A stretch of 64,000 nt of DNA from an uncultured bacterium (lineage in GTDB: Bacteria > Omnitrophota > Omnitrophia > Omnitrophales > Aquincolibacteriaceae). Position numbers and translations under genes: made by a program. Each line of letters begins with the position of its first letter. Position 1 is the stretch's first letter. The notes beneath the pieces are model-generated. The model saw only the letters and a list, made by a program, of their open reading frames with translations, ran no database searches and had not been told where the DNA came from. Below, piece by piece: positions 24,345 through 33,238 of the stretch. The stretch lies in contig CAYSSX010000002.1 of the NCBI GenBank assembly GCA_964434115.1, positions 137,680-201,679 on the forward strand, given 5' to 3'.

Positions 24345-26816
24345 TTAGATTTTCCACGCCGCATCCCGTGTTTCTTCTTTAAGAAGTTCCTCCAAGTTGA
24401 AAGCATGGTAGGTGCTTTCAACCGCACGCTTGTCATCCTCGGCATTGGCGACCCAGAAATCCGGAAAAGCGTAAATGACACTTTGAATGTTAGAACCCGG
24501 AGCAATTTCTTTAGCAATAAGGCGTGCGGTTTCAGGGGTTATTTTTCCGTAATACTCTTGAACAAGATGACCGTGTTTGAGATAACGGATTTCGTAAGCG
24601 CTTCCTGCCGGCGGCTCAAGCCCATCTTTTTTGGGGTTGCCCTTTGAAGCCTTTTGAACATTTCTGACTTCAGGGTTGAGTGCCGTGTCTGCCCGGAAAA
24701 CAGCGTCTTTCAAACTAAACGCATAGGGGATCTTTTTCTCTTCCACATCGTCATCCTGAAAGAAAGCCAAGTGATTTCGAGTCGCCTCCACAGTCATGGC
24801 TTTTTTAGTTTTTGCGTCCGCGATCACGTAGTTATACCCGCGGGTGAGGTCGCTCCGCTTAAAGACAGCCGCGGCATCTTCAAGCGAAGAGGACTCTTCC
24901 AGAATCCGCTTTAAAAGAAAAGGCATGGGAACACCTTTCATTGTTTCGTCTGCGGATTCAGCCCCGATTTGCCCCACCGAAATTCCTTCGGAGTTCATGC
25001 CGGACAAGATGCCCGTGAAACCGCCATAGCCGATGTTGACCGTATCCGGCCCGCTTTTATTCTGGAAAACTTTTACAGCGGCCATGGATTGAACACCCAT
25101 TTTCCGGTTCCAGTCGAGATTGCGAATGGCGACAAGGCGCCCGCCCTCCGTGGCGTCGCCCCAGTAGGCGCCATTAGAGCACAGGGAAGGGTAAAGTTCC
25201 GGAAGGGCATGAATGCGGAGCATTTGTTTCAAAGAAATTTCAGCGCCATCCGCGACCCCTTGAATTTGCCGGTATTCGTCATAGCTGACAAAGGGACTCA
25301 TTTTCTTCCATGCCTGGCCGGAGATTCTGCGGATGATGAGCCGGTTAATGAGAGGGACTTTTAGCTCTTTCCGGAAGTAACTGAAAATTTGATCCACCCC
25401 GCTGTGGATTTCTTTTTTGAGTAAGCGCCCTTCCTCATACCCCCGGTGGTAGGCGCTGCCGCGCAGAATCAAAACCGGAAGGTCCGCGTTTCTGTCCAAA
25501 TGGCCTTCACCGTCCCGTGCTGATTTTTCGCTGGGATCCATGAGGGCATCGATCATCCTGTCCGCCTGCGCCTGAAAAAACCACTCCAAACCCGGACCGT
25601 AAAAACTCACCCGTGCTTCATACTCTTCCCGGTGATTGTAATAGCGGCGGGGAATGATGTAGCCCACATAGTCGTTTGCGTAGCCCGTGAATAAAGGTTT
25701 GAAGCCAGCCTCGCGCGCGCGCTTTTCGATCTCCGCGCCGATTTCAGAGGTGACCTCTCCCGGAAAGCATAGAAAGACTAACGGGCCGAGACGAACAGAT
25801 TGAAAAGGCGCATGACGCGGGAAAACTCTTCCGCCGATGACGGATGGAAAAGTGAGGGGCCCCAATCGTGTTTTGACTCGGGGCAATTGACGTGTTTCCC
25901 AAGTGCTTTTCCAGGAGGTGCTGAGATCCAGGGGAGAGAAAGAGATACTTTGAAAGGTGCTGACCAGGCTTTGGCCGTAGGCGGCGAGCCGTTCCTTTCT
26001 GTTCTCAATATCGGGGGCGTGAGGGCGTGTATCTCCCGCAGCACCGTTGATAAATAAGGCTGTAGAACCCGGCGATGCGGCTTCAAGAGCGCCTGTTAGG
26101 ATTCCGGGATAGTCGGCCGAAAATAAAAGTTCCTTGGCTGGAAAAAGTGTCGGGTGAGCAGCCATAAAAACCATCTGGGCCGCCAAGGTGTCATCCGCCA
26201 TTCTCCGAAAGCGGAGTGCTTTTAACTTTTGGGGGTAGCGGAGCTTTGTGATCATCCGGTTCTCGACAAGATCATCAATCCGGATTTCGCCATATTCAGC
26301 CTTTACAGGGACTTGTTCTGCAAGTGATTCCAGAACTGCGTCGCGCGCCTGATTTGTCAGCTGATCAAAAACATCCGCTTGAAATTTCCCCATGATGAAC
26401 CGCTCCCAATAACGTCCGCCGACAGCGCCTGCGCCCGAGTGTGTGTGCGTCGCGGTCACGATAAAGTGAGAATCTTCCAGCGGATACTGAGAAAGGATTT
26501 TTTTGTGGATTGTTTGGCGAAGGTTTTTGTCGATGAGGCAAAGATCAAGGGAAAGGAAAACAAAGGTCTCGCCGTCTCTGGAAAGACTGATGCTTCTCGC
26601 GAACAGAGGGTCATAAATACCTACTGTTTTTTTTCCCCGCAATTTTCCGTATCCTGAAAGGGGTGTTCCGGAAGCGGGGGTGATTTCCTTCTTCGCAGAA
26701 CCGAGGAGTATGGCAGGCGCAGCGTATTCTGCCGGCAGTGGAGGAGCAAAATACAGGAAGCAAGAAAACCCGAGAGCGAAAACCGCGGCAGCGGTCAATT
26801 TCCGGAAGCGGCGCAT
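24345..26816 (-). CDS. Secreted fusion protein: neutral/alkaline ceramidase-like N-terminal domain plus C-terminal Ntn-hydrolase (peptidase C45 / acyl-CoA:6-APA acyltransferase-like) domain
   Basis: Signal peptide MRRFRKLTAAAVFALGFSCFLYFA. The N-terminal half has LSGYGKLRGKKTVGIYDPLFARSISL...FLSLDLCLI...VTATHTHSGAG (neutral ceramidase-like). The C-terminal half has LCSNGAYWGDATEGGRLVAIRNLDW...GYGGFTGILSGMNSEGISVGQ, resembling choloylglycine / C45 Ntn hydrolases with Cys as nucleophile. Confidence 0.55.
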   Translation of the reverse strand: MRRFRKLTAAAVFALGFSCFLYFAPPLPAEYAAPAILLGSAKKEITPASGTPLSGYGKLRGKKTVGIYDPLFARSISLSRDGETFVFLSLDLCLIDKNLRQTIHKKILSQYPLEDSHFIVTATHTHSGAGAVGGRYWERFIMGKFQADVFDQLTNQARDAVLESLAEQVPVKAEYGEIRIDDLVENRMITKLRYPQKLKALRFRRMADDTLAAQMVFMAAHPTLFPAKELLFSADYPGILTGALEAASPGSTALFINGAAGDTRPHAPDIENRKERLAAYGQSLVSTFQSISFSPLDLSTSWKSTWETRQLPRVKTRLGPLTFPSVIGGRVFPRHAPFQSVRLGPLVFLCFPGEVTSEIGAEIEKRAREAGFKPLFTGYANDYVGYIIPRRYYNHREEYEARVSFYGPGLEWFFQAQADRMIDALMDPSEKSARDGEGHLDRNADLPVLILRGSAYHRGYEEGRLLKKEIHSGVDQIFSYFRKELKVPLINRLIIRRISGQAWKKMSPFVSYDEYRQIQGVADGAEISLKQMLRIHALPELYPSLCSNGAYWGDATEGGRLVAIRNLDWNRKMGVQSMAAVKVFQNKSGPDTVNIGYGGFTGILSGMNSEGISVGQIGAESADETMKGVPMPFLLKRILEESSSLEDAAAVFKRSDLTRGYNYVIADAKTKKAMTVEATRNHLAFFQDDDVEEKKIPYAFSLKDAVFRADTALNPEVRNVQKASKGNPKKDGLEPPAGSAYEIRYLKHGHLVQEYYGKITPETARLIAKEIAPGSNIQSVIYAFPDFWVANAEDDKRAVESTYHAFNLEELLKEETRDAAWKI

Positions 26817-26948
26817 CGTGAAAGCCCTCCTGAAATGAATTATGCCACAGGGACAGGCGCTGGCGGCGGGATATTTTTTTTCGGGAAGCTTGGGGGATTG
26901 AAAATCTCATGGTATGATTTTTAATACTTTTATTAAGGGGAAGGATCT

Positions 26949-27320
26949 ATGGCACGAGGAAAGATTCTGATTATTGATGACGAACTGGAAATTCGGGACT
27001 TTCTCAGAGATTTTTTTGAGGACCGCGATTTTGACGTTGTTACAGCCGCCCATGGGCTTGAGGGGTGTGAAAAGTTCAAAACCGCAGCCCCGTTTGACCT
27101 CGTGATCTGTGACATGTTGATGCCTCATATGATCGGCCTTGATGTCCTCAGAAACATTAAAGCAAGCGCTCCCGCCCAGCGGATTATTCTTATGACGGGC
27201 GTTAAAGAAAACTCGATGGTGGATAAAGCGAAACAACTTGGCTGCCATCTTTACCTGACAAAGCCCGTGGGGCTTTCGGATCTCGAAACCAAAGTGGAGG
27301 AATGTTTTCCCGCCTCCTGA
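26949..27320 (+). CDS. Stand-alone CheY-like receiver domain protein
   Basis: KILIIDDELEIRDFL...DLVICDMLMPHMIGLDVLRNIK...LMTG...LTKP. 123 aa, no output domain. Confidence 0.85.
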   Translation: MARGKILIIDDELEIRDFLRDFFEDRDFDVVTAAHGLEGCEKFKTAAPFDLVICDMLMPHMIGLDVLRNIKASAPAQRIILMTGVKENSMVDKAKQLGCHLYLTKPVGLSDLETKVEECFPAS

Positions 27321-27363
27321 AACAGCGTCAGCTCCCTGACCGGCTGACGCCATCGGTTCCGGC

Positions 27364-29364
27364 ATGTGTTTGTTTTCGGGTTTTAAAAAAATAAAAGCCG
27401 CAGTTCTCCTTCAGGCATTTTTATTTCTATTCTCGGTATCTCCTGCCGTCCTTTCTGCTTCGGATATTCAAACGGGTCTTCCTGATGAGGAGCTGCTGGA
27501 GCTTATTTCCAGAAAGGCGTTTGATTATTTTCAGATGGAAAAAGACCGGGGGACAGGTCTTGTCCGAGACCGCGCGAACAATTTTCGTCGCGGCGCGTCG
27601 AACGCTCCGGCCAGTATTGCGGCAACGGGTTTTGGCCTGACCGCGCTTGGGGTGGGTGTTGAGAGAGGGTGGATCGATAGGGCCACGGCTCAGGAATCGG
27701 CCCGCCGGACCCTGGAGTTCTTTTGGAAACAGGCCCCGCAGGAGCATGGGTTTTTCTACCACTTTCTGGATCCCCGGACCGGAAAACGTTCCGGAAAGTC
27801 CGAATTGTCACCGATTGATACCGCGCTTTTTCTTGCCGGAGCACTTTTTGCGGCTGAGTACTTTGATGACCCCGGGCTTCGTCAATTAGCGGAGCAAATT
27901 TATGGGCGTGTGGATTGGCCGTGGATGATGCATGACGGGAAGACTTTGGCTCTTGCCTGGTCACCGGAAGAAGGTTTTAATCGGCGCCGCTGGGATCACT
28001 ATGACGAATCCATGATTCTTTACCTCCTTGCGATAGGATCTTCCACCCATCCGGTGGATCCCTCTGTGTGGCAGGAGATCGCGCGGCCTGTGGGGAGTTA
28101 TGCCGGCCATCGAGTCATCCAAATGCCGCCGCTTTTCACGCACCAATACTCGCATATCTGGATTGACTTCCGGAACAAGAATGACGGCTTTGCCGACTAC
28201 TTCCAAAACTCCGTGAATGCCACTCGCGCCAACCGGGAGTTTTGTATCCGGCAGTCCAGCCGATTTTCAAGCTATGGAGTGAATTCCTGGGGACTTACGG
28301 CTTCTGACGGCCCCTTCGGATATAAAGCTTACGGAGCTCCCCCGGGATGGGCCATTCATGATGGTACTGTGGCCCCCACAGCTTGCGGCAGTGCGATTGT
28401 TTTTACTCCCGAAGAGTCGATGGCATGCCTGCGGCACTTTTATGAGAATTTAGGAGATCAGCTTTGGGGGACCTATGGTTTTTCTGACGCGTTCAATCTA
28501 GACAAAAAATGGTTTTCAGATCAGGCGCTTGCGATTGATCAGGGCCCGCTTCTTCTTATGATTGAGAATCACCGGACCGGCCTTATCTGGGAAGTCATGA
28601 AGAAAAATACAAACCTGGCCGAAGCCATGCAGAAAGCGGGTTTCCGGGAGGGGGCAAAAGAAGTGCCTTGGCCTGATCCGCCCCATTTCAACGCACCCTT
28701 TCTGCAGGGGGGGATCAAGGTTGACGGGTACTTGAAAGACTGGCCCGGATTTCCTCCGCTAGTGCTGAATCCTAAACAGAAAGAAGGGGGTAATTTTTCA
28801 GATGATAAGGATGTCCGCGCCAATGTTCGCTTCGCTTGGAGCGGCGAAGCCCTTTATTTTTCAGTGATTGTGACGGATGACAGCGTCATGTTGAAGCGTC
28901 GCGGCAACCAGATTTGGCAGGATGACCTGGTGGAACTGTACATTGACCCGCAGAACGATGGGCTTCGCTGGAAGGATCCGTCTGATTATCAAATCGGCTT
29001 CCGGCCTAATTTTGACAGCGAGAACATCGAAATCTGGTCCTGGTTCCAGGCCAATCAGGATTCGGTCCAGAATATGGTCGCTGCCCGTGGATTCGCCTAT
29101 AAAGACGGCTATGTGATTGAAGGCGGCATCCGCTGGAGTGTTTTGGGGGTGGATCCGCAGGAAGGAAAAAGTGTCAAAGTTTCAATCGCTGTTCACGATA
29201 TTGATAAAGACCGGAGCGAAGGAAAGGTGCAGTGGTTTTTTAGAAACGAAGAAGATTTAGAACGATTCAACCTCGGAGAAGTTGTTTTGAGCCCTGTTTC
29301 CGCAGCGTCCAAACCTTTAAGTGCTGATAATCCTTCAACAGAATCTGCCGGAGGTGCGGGATGA
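27364..29364 (+). CDS. Secreted glycoside-hydrolase-like protein: (alpha/alpha)6 putative glucoamylase / GH144-like domain plus C-terminal CBM9/DOMON-like carbohydrate-binding module
   Basis: Signal peptide, then WDHYDESMILYLLAIGS, WGLTASDGPFGYKAYGAPP and FSDAFNLDKKWFSDQALAIDQGPLLLMIEN (similar to DUF3131 / PF10091-type glucanases). C-terminal GYLKDWPGFPPLVL...FAWSGEALYFSVIVTDDSV...WQDDLVELYIDPQNDG is CBM9-like. Confidence 0.45.
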   Translation: MCLFSGFKKIKAAVLLQAFLFLFSVSPAVLSASDIQTGLPDEELLELISRKAFDYFQMEKDRGTGLVRDRANNFRRGASNAPASIAATGFGLTALGVGVERGWIDRATAQESARRTLEFFWKQAPQEHGFFYHFLDPRTGKRSGKSELSPIDTALFLAGALFAAEYFDDPGLRQLAEQIYGRVDWPWMMHDGKTLALAWSPEEGFNRRRWDHYDESMILYLLAIGSSTHPVDPSVWQEIARPVGSYAGHRVIQMPPLFTHQYSHIWIDFRNKNDGFADYFQNSVNATRANREFCIRQSSRFSSYGVNSWGLTASDGPFGYKAYGAPPGWAIHDGTVAPTACGSAIVFTPEESMACLRHFYENLGDQLWGTYGFSDAFNLDKKWFSDQALAIDQGPLLLMIENHRTGLIWEVMKKNTNLAEAMQKAGFREGAKEVPWPDPPHFNAPFLQGGIKVDGYLKDWPGFPPLVLNPKQKEGGNFSDDKDVRANVRFAWSGEALYFSVIVTDDSVMLKRRGNQIWQDDLVELYIDPQNDGLRWKDPSDYQIGFRPNFDSENIEIWSWFQANQDSVQNMVAARGFAYKDGYVIEGGIRWSVLGVDPQEGKSVKVSIAVHDIDKDRSEGKVQWFFRNEEDLERFNLGEVVLSPVSAASKPLSADNPSTESAGGAG

Positions 29365-30005
29365 CGGAGCGTGAAAAGAAATCGATCTATCGCATCCTTG
29401 GGAATGCGATCCACGGCGAGGTGGGGCGGCGGCAGGCCGCTGAAAAGATCGATCTACAAGCCGCTATCAAGAGAATCCGTCTTGAAAAAAAACTTTCCGG
29501 CGTGGAGCTTTGCCGGCGGGCAGGGGATCTAGACCCCCGGACCTTGACGGCGCTCGAGAAAGGGAGAATTAAAAATCCAACGATCAAAACCCTTCAATCG
29601 GTTGCGAGAGGGCTTGGTGTTACCGTGGGCGACCTTTTTCGCTCGATTGAGATGAAATTTGAACAGAATTATTGTGTTGGGACCCCAAAAGGGGCCTTTC
29701 TTCTCGATTTTCCTAGGAAAGGTTTGAAAATAGTCTCCTTTACACCGTTGATACGTGATTTTTTCTGCGGTAAACTTATCCTTGGTCCCAAGGTGAAAGT
29801 GACCGACACTCTGATGGATCATCCATTTCCTATTTTCATTTCTGTGCTCGTTGGCTCTTTGGAAATAACGGTGGATCACCAAACCACCGTGCTTAAAGAA
29901 GGCGATAACCTTTTCTTTCATGGGGTGCTGAACCACAGCTTTACAAACCCCCTGCATCGCGAAACCTCGCTTCTTATGTTAATGGCTCCCTCTTTTTTAA
30001 AGTAG
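29361..30005 (+). CDS. XRE-family HTH transcriptional regulator with C-terminal cupin domain
   Basis: IRLEKKLSGVELCRRAGDLDPRTLTALEKGRIKNPTIKTLQSVARGLGVTVGDLF (HTH_3). C-terminal beta-rich region with HGVLNHSFTNP (cupin-like). Start ATGA overlaps the upstream stop. Confidence 0.65.
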   Translation: MTEREKKSIYRILGNAIHGEVGRRQAAEKIDLQAAIKRIRLEKKLSGVELCRRAGDLDPRTLTALEKGRIKNPTIKTLQSVARGLGVTVGDLFRSIEMKFEQNYCVGTPKGAFLLDFPRKGLKIVSFTPLIRDFFCGKLILGPKVKVTDTLMDHPFPIFISVLVGSLEITVDHQTTVLKEGDNLFFHGVLNHSFTNPLHRETSLLMLMAPSFLK

Positions 30006-30118
30006 GGCCGGAAGAGATTTCGTGAGGCAAGTTAAGTGAAATCAAGCGGTTGTCGATATTTAAGAGAGTCAGAAAAGCCGGAATTGTTTTTGCAACCTGT
30101 TTAAAATGAAGCACTTGG

Positions 30119-31861
30119 ATGAATAAACGGACCTTCGCCATCCTTTTTGCGGCTGTCTTCGCGGGATATTCATGCCCACTTTTCGCGGAAGACGCCCTGA
30201 TTTCTGCCCCCTCGTCTGCACAAGACCCGCTCTCTGGAATTACGATCGAGCATCAAGAGGTTGTTAAACCGCAGCTTCATGTCTCTCAGGATGATTTGAC
30301 GAAGCAGGCGATTCGTGAACGCGTGCGTGCTCTTCGCCAGGAACGGATGCAGACCATGCCGTACCTTGACCGTGGGTTTATCCGGCAGTCTATTGACGCT
30401 AAAAAAGTCCGGGAAAAAATGAAGTTTGTCGAAGGCGGAGAAAAAAAGCTTCAGGATCTTGTGGCTCGTGCTGTTCAATCCCAAACCGCCGCACAGGCCG
30501 CCAAAGAACGTATATCCCTCGCCAACCGCCGCATTCTTGTGGCCATGCGAAAGCTTTTCCCTGAAGCCAGTATGGAGCTGGAGTATAAGCGGGGAACCTT
30601 GAGCGGACAGGCCTTCAACGGACAAGATTATAAATTTGTTCTCCGTCAGCCGATTTTCAGGGGCGGTATTCTTTGGAATACCCTTTTGCAGGAAAGGGCG
30701 GAATTGAAAGCCGCTCAGAAGGAATACGAAAAAATTATTGAAGATGTGGTCCGCGATGTCTCAAAGGCTTACTTTGAATACAGCCGCGCGAAGCAAGTCT
30801 CCGATGACCGTCTTGAAGCGATTACCCGCATGGAAAGATTCGATACCATTTCCGAACAGAAATTCAAAGAAGAGCTTATTTCTGAAATCGAACACTTAAA
30901 TGTGCAGTCGCTCTTTAGCCAGATGAAGTATGACTACGAAACGTCAAAGCAGGAACTCGAGCTTGCCAAGCTTGATCTCCAGAGCTACCTCGATGTCGAT
31001 AATGAAGACGATATTCAAACGGCAACCATTTATGACATGAACGCCCTTGTCGAAAAGGCGGCGATAGAAAATAGTTCCCCCACCTCTCCGGAAGCAGCCT
31101 CCGCGGATGCTGTTGCAGTCCCAGAAATTCCAGATCTGAAAAGTCTCGTGGACATGGCCTATGGGCACCGCGCGGAATTGCAGGTGGAATCCGCAAAGCT
31201 GGCGTCAGCGCAGTTGAAGCAGCGGATCCGCATGGGAGAACTCCTTCCGAAAGCAGATATTGTGATGGAGATGGGCGAGCTTGGGGAGGCTTTCAACGTA
31301 GATGCGATTCATCCAAAACAGCGCAATGAATACAGGCTCATGCTGGAACTCAGCTGGAACGCGGCCGGAAACACGATTAAGTATGAACATGAGGATGATC
31401 AGAATGCGCCTTCCGTGACGCAGTTTCAGTCCTCAAGCGGCAGTGTCACAAAGCGCAATAAAATGACACTGGGTCTTCTCGACGGGCTTGATGCCCTGGC
31501 CGATGCCAAGGAAGCGGAAGCCCAAAAACTGGATCAGATCGTGGCCCTTGAAAACGCTGAAAAAGAAGTGATTCAGGACGTCAAGCAGGCCTATTATGAT
31601 TATCAAAAAGCTTCCATCCAGGTGAAATCCTCCTTACAGCGTTTGAATTACCGCCAGCGTCTTGCAGAACTTTCCAAACACCGTCTTGAACAGAACGAGA
31701 TTCAGATCTCAGAGTACATGCAGGCTGAGATTGACGCGATTTCAGAGCGCGCTGAACTCCATAAAGCTTTAAATGAATACTTCACCGCAAAAGCCAATTT
31801 GAACCGCGCCGTGGGCATCAGAAACTATATGCCGATTGAGGAGTCGTATGGAAACAAATAA
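30119..31861 (+). CDS. Outer membrane efflux protein (TolC-like outer membrane factor)
   Basis: Signal peptide MNKRTFAILFAAVFAGYSCPLFA. Two-repeat helical OEP architecture and position as first gene of an RND operon. Confidence 0.7.
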   Translation: MNKRTFAILFAAVFAGYSCPLFAEDALISAPSSAQDPLSGITIEHQEVVKPQLHVSQDDLTKQAIRERVRALRQERMQTMPYLDRGFIRQSIDAKKVREKMKFVEGGEKKLQDLVARAVQSQTAAQAAKERISLANRRILVAMRKLFPEASMELEYKRGTLSGQAFNGQDYKFVLRQPIFRGGILWNTLLQERAELKAAQKEYEKIIEDVVRDVSKAYFEYSRAKQVSDDRLEAITRMERFDTISEQKFKEELISEIEHLNVQSLFSQMKYDYETSKQELELAKLDLQSYLDVDNEDDIQTATIYDMNALVEKAAIENSSPTSPEAASADAVAVPEIPDLKSLVDMAYGHRAELQVESAKLASAQLKQRIRMGELLPKADIVMEMGELGEAFNVDAIHPKQRNEYRLMLELSWNAAGNTIKYEHEDDQNAPSVTQFQSSSGSVTKRNKMTLGLLDGLDALADAKEAEAQKLDQIVALENAEKEVIQDVKQAYYDYQKASIQVKSSLQRLNYRQRLAELSKHRLEQNEIQISEYMQAEIDAISERAELHKALNEYFTAKANLNRAVGIRNYMPIEESYGNK

Positions 31862-33236
31862 CGACGACGATTTTGCCCCGCCAATTTCGAATCGTAAAAA
31901 TCCCCTTCAGAAATTAATGGGGCTGCTCGGCAAGCTTATTAAGCTTCCTTTTGTTCTGATCGGCGCCCTGAAAAACCTTATTCTGCGCACCAAAAAGAAA
32001 TCTTCTGAGACTGAGGAGGAGGGTGCGCCCTCTCTCTCGCCCGTGTTCATTGAAAAACCCGAGAAGAAGCGAGGCGGTAAAAAAGTTTTGATGCTGCTTC
32101 TTGTTGCAGCCGTGATTGGCGGCGGAGTTTACTTCGGTAAAGGGATGCTATCCAAGAAGGGCGGCGAAGAAGGCGGGGAGCCGGGGAAAACCTTGGAAGA
32201 GAAACTGACCGAGACGGTTGCTCCTAAAGAAAAGACCATTCCTGTGAAAGCCTTTAAAATTTCCCGGTTTAATTATGAAGACTCTTTGAATGTCCTGGGA
32301 ACCATCAAAGGAGCCATGGAGTTTAAGCTCAGCTTTGAAGTGCCGGGCGTTATCAGTTCTGTCAACTACCGGGAAGGGGAGCGCTACGAAGAAGGAGCCC
32401 TTTTGATTTCGCTCCGCCAGGATGACATTTTGCTCCGCTTGAAGCGGGCTCAGGCTGAACTGAATAAGTCCGAAACTCAGGTGTCGATTGCCAGTGACAA
32501 GGTCAAGGAACACGAAAAACTTTTCAGTATGGGCGCAATCCCCAAGCAGACACTTGATAAAGTGAAGCTGGAGTGGGATGGGGCCAAATACGAATCCGAG
32601 GCAGCCCGCCTTGAAGTCAAAGCGAATGAAGCCATGCTTGAGAAATCAAACCTTTACGCCCCAAGCGCCGGAATGATTGGAGAGCTTAAAATTGAAGAAG
32701 GGGAGACCGTCACTCAGAACACACTTCTCGGAACACATATCATGACGGAGTATGTTTATGCGGAGTTTGGTATTGTTGAACGTGATGTGAATAAAATCGC
32801 GCTGGGTCAAAAAGCCCGCGTTTTTATTGATGCTTATCCGGACAAGACCTTTGAAGGTGTCATCGAAAATGTGGCCCCTGTAGTCGGGGGCACCAGCCGC
32901 ACCGCAACGGCTAAGGTTCGCATTGAAAACACCGAACGTCTTCTTCTTCCGGGCATGTTTGCCCGCATCCGCATTCTTCTTTACAGCAAAAAGAATACAC
33001 TAGTTGTTCCCACGGATGCCCTTCAAGGCAGCGAAGGCGATCAGCATGTGTTTGTGGTTCATCCCGACGAAGGCGTCGCGGAAAAAAGGGCGTTGACCAT
33101 CGGCTACACCCGTCCCGACTATTCGCAAGTGGATGCCGGTCTTTCCGAGGGTGAGCTCGTTGCGGTTTCAGGTTTGGAAAAACTTGAAGACGGGACGAAG
33201 ATCCGCCTGCTTGAAACTCAGGAAGCGGAAACCTAG
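31848..33236 (+). CDS. RND efflux membrane fusion protein (HlyD/AcrA family periplasmic adaptor)
   Basis: N-terminal TM anchor, coiled-coil hairpin and lipoyl/beta-barrel regions (LYAPSAGMIGELKIEEGETV; ARVFIDAYPDKTFEGVIENVAPV). ATG 31848 with GAGGAG RBS; the six-frame track starts at TTG 31836. Confidence 0.75.
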   Translation: METNNDDDFAPPISNRKNPLQKLMGLLGKLIKLPFVLIGALKNLILRTKKKSSETEEEGAPSLSPVFIEKPEKKRGGKKVLMLLLVAAVIGGGVYFGKGMLSKKGGEEGGEPGKTLEEKLTETVAPKEKTIPVKAFKISRFNYEDSLNVLGTIKGAMEFKLSFEVPGVISSVNYREGERYEEGALLISLRQDDILLRLKRAQAELNKSETQVSIASDKVKEHEKLFSMGAIPKQTLDKVKLEWDGAKYESEAARLEVKANEAMLEKSNLYAPSAGMIGELKIEEGETVTQNTLLGTHIMTEYVYAEFGIVERDVNKIALGQKARVFIDAYPDKTFEGVIENVAPVVGGTSRTATAKVRIENTERLLLPGMFARIRILLYSKKNTLVVPTDALQGSEGDQHVFVVHPDEGVAEKRALTIGYTRPDYSQVDAGLSEGELVAVSGLEKLEDGTKIRLLETQEAET

Positions 33237-33238
33237 GC

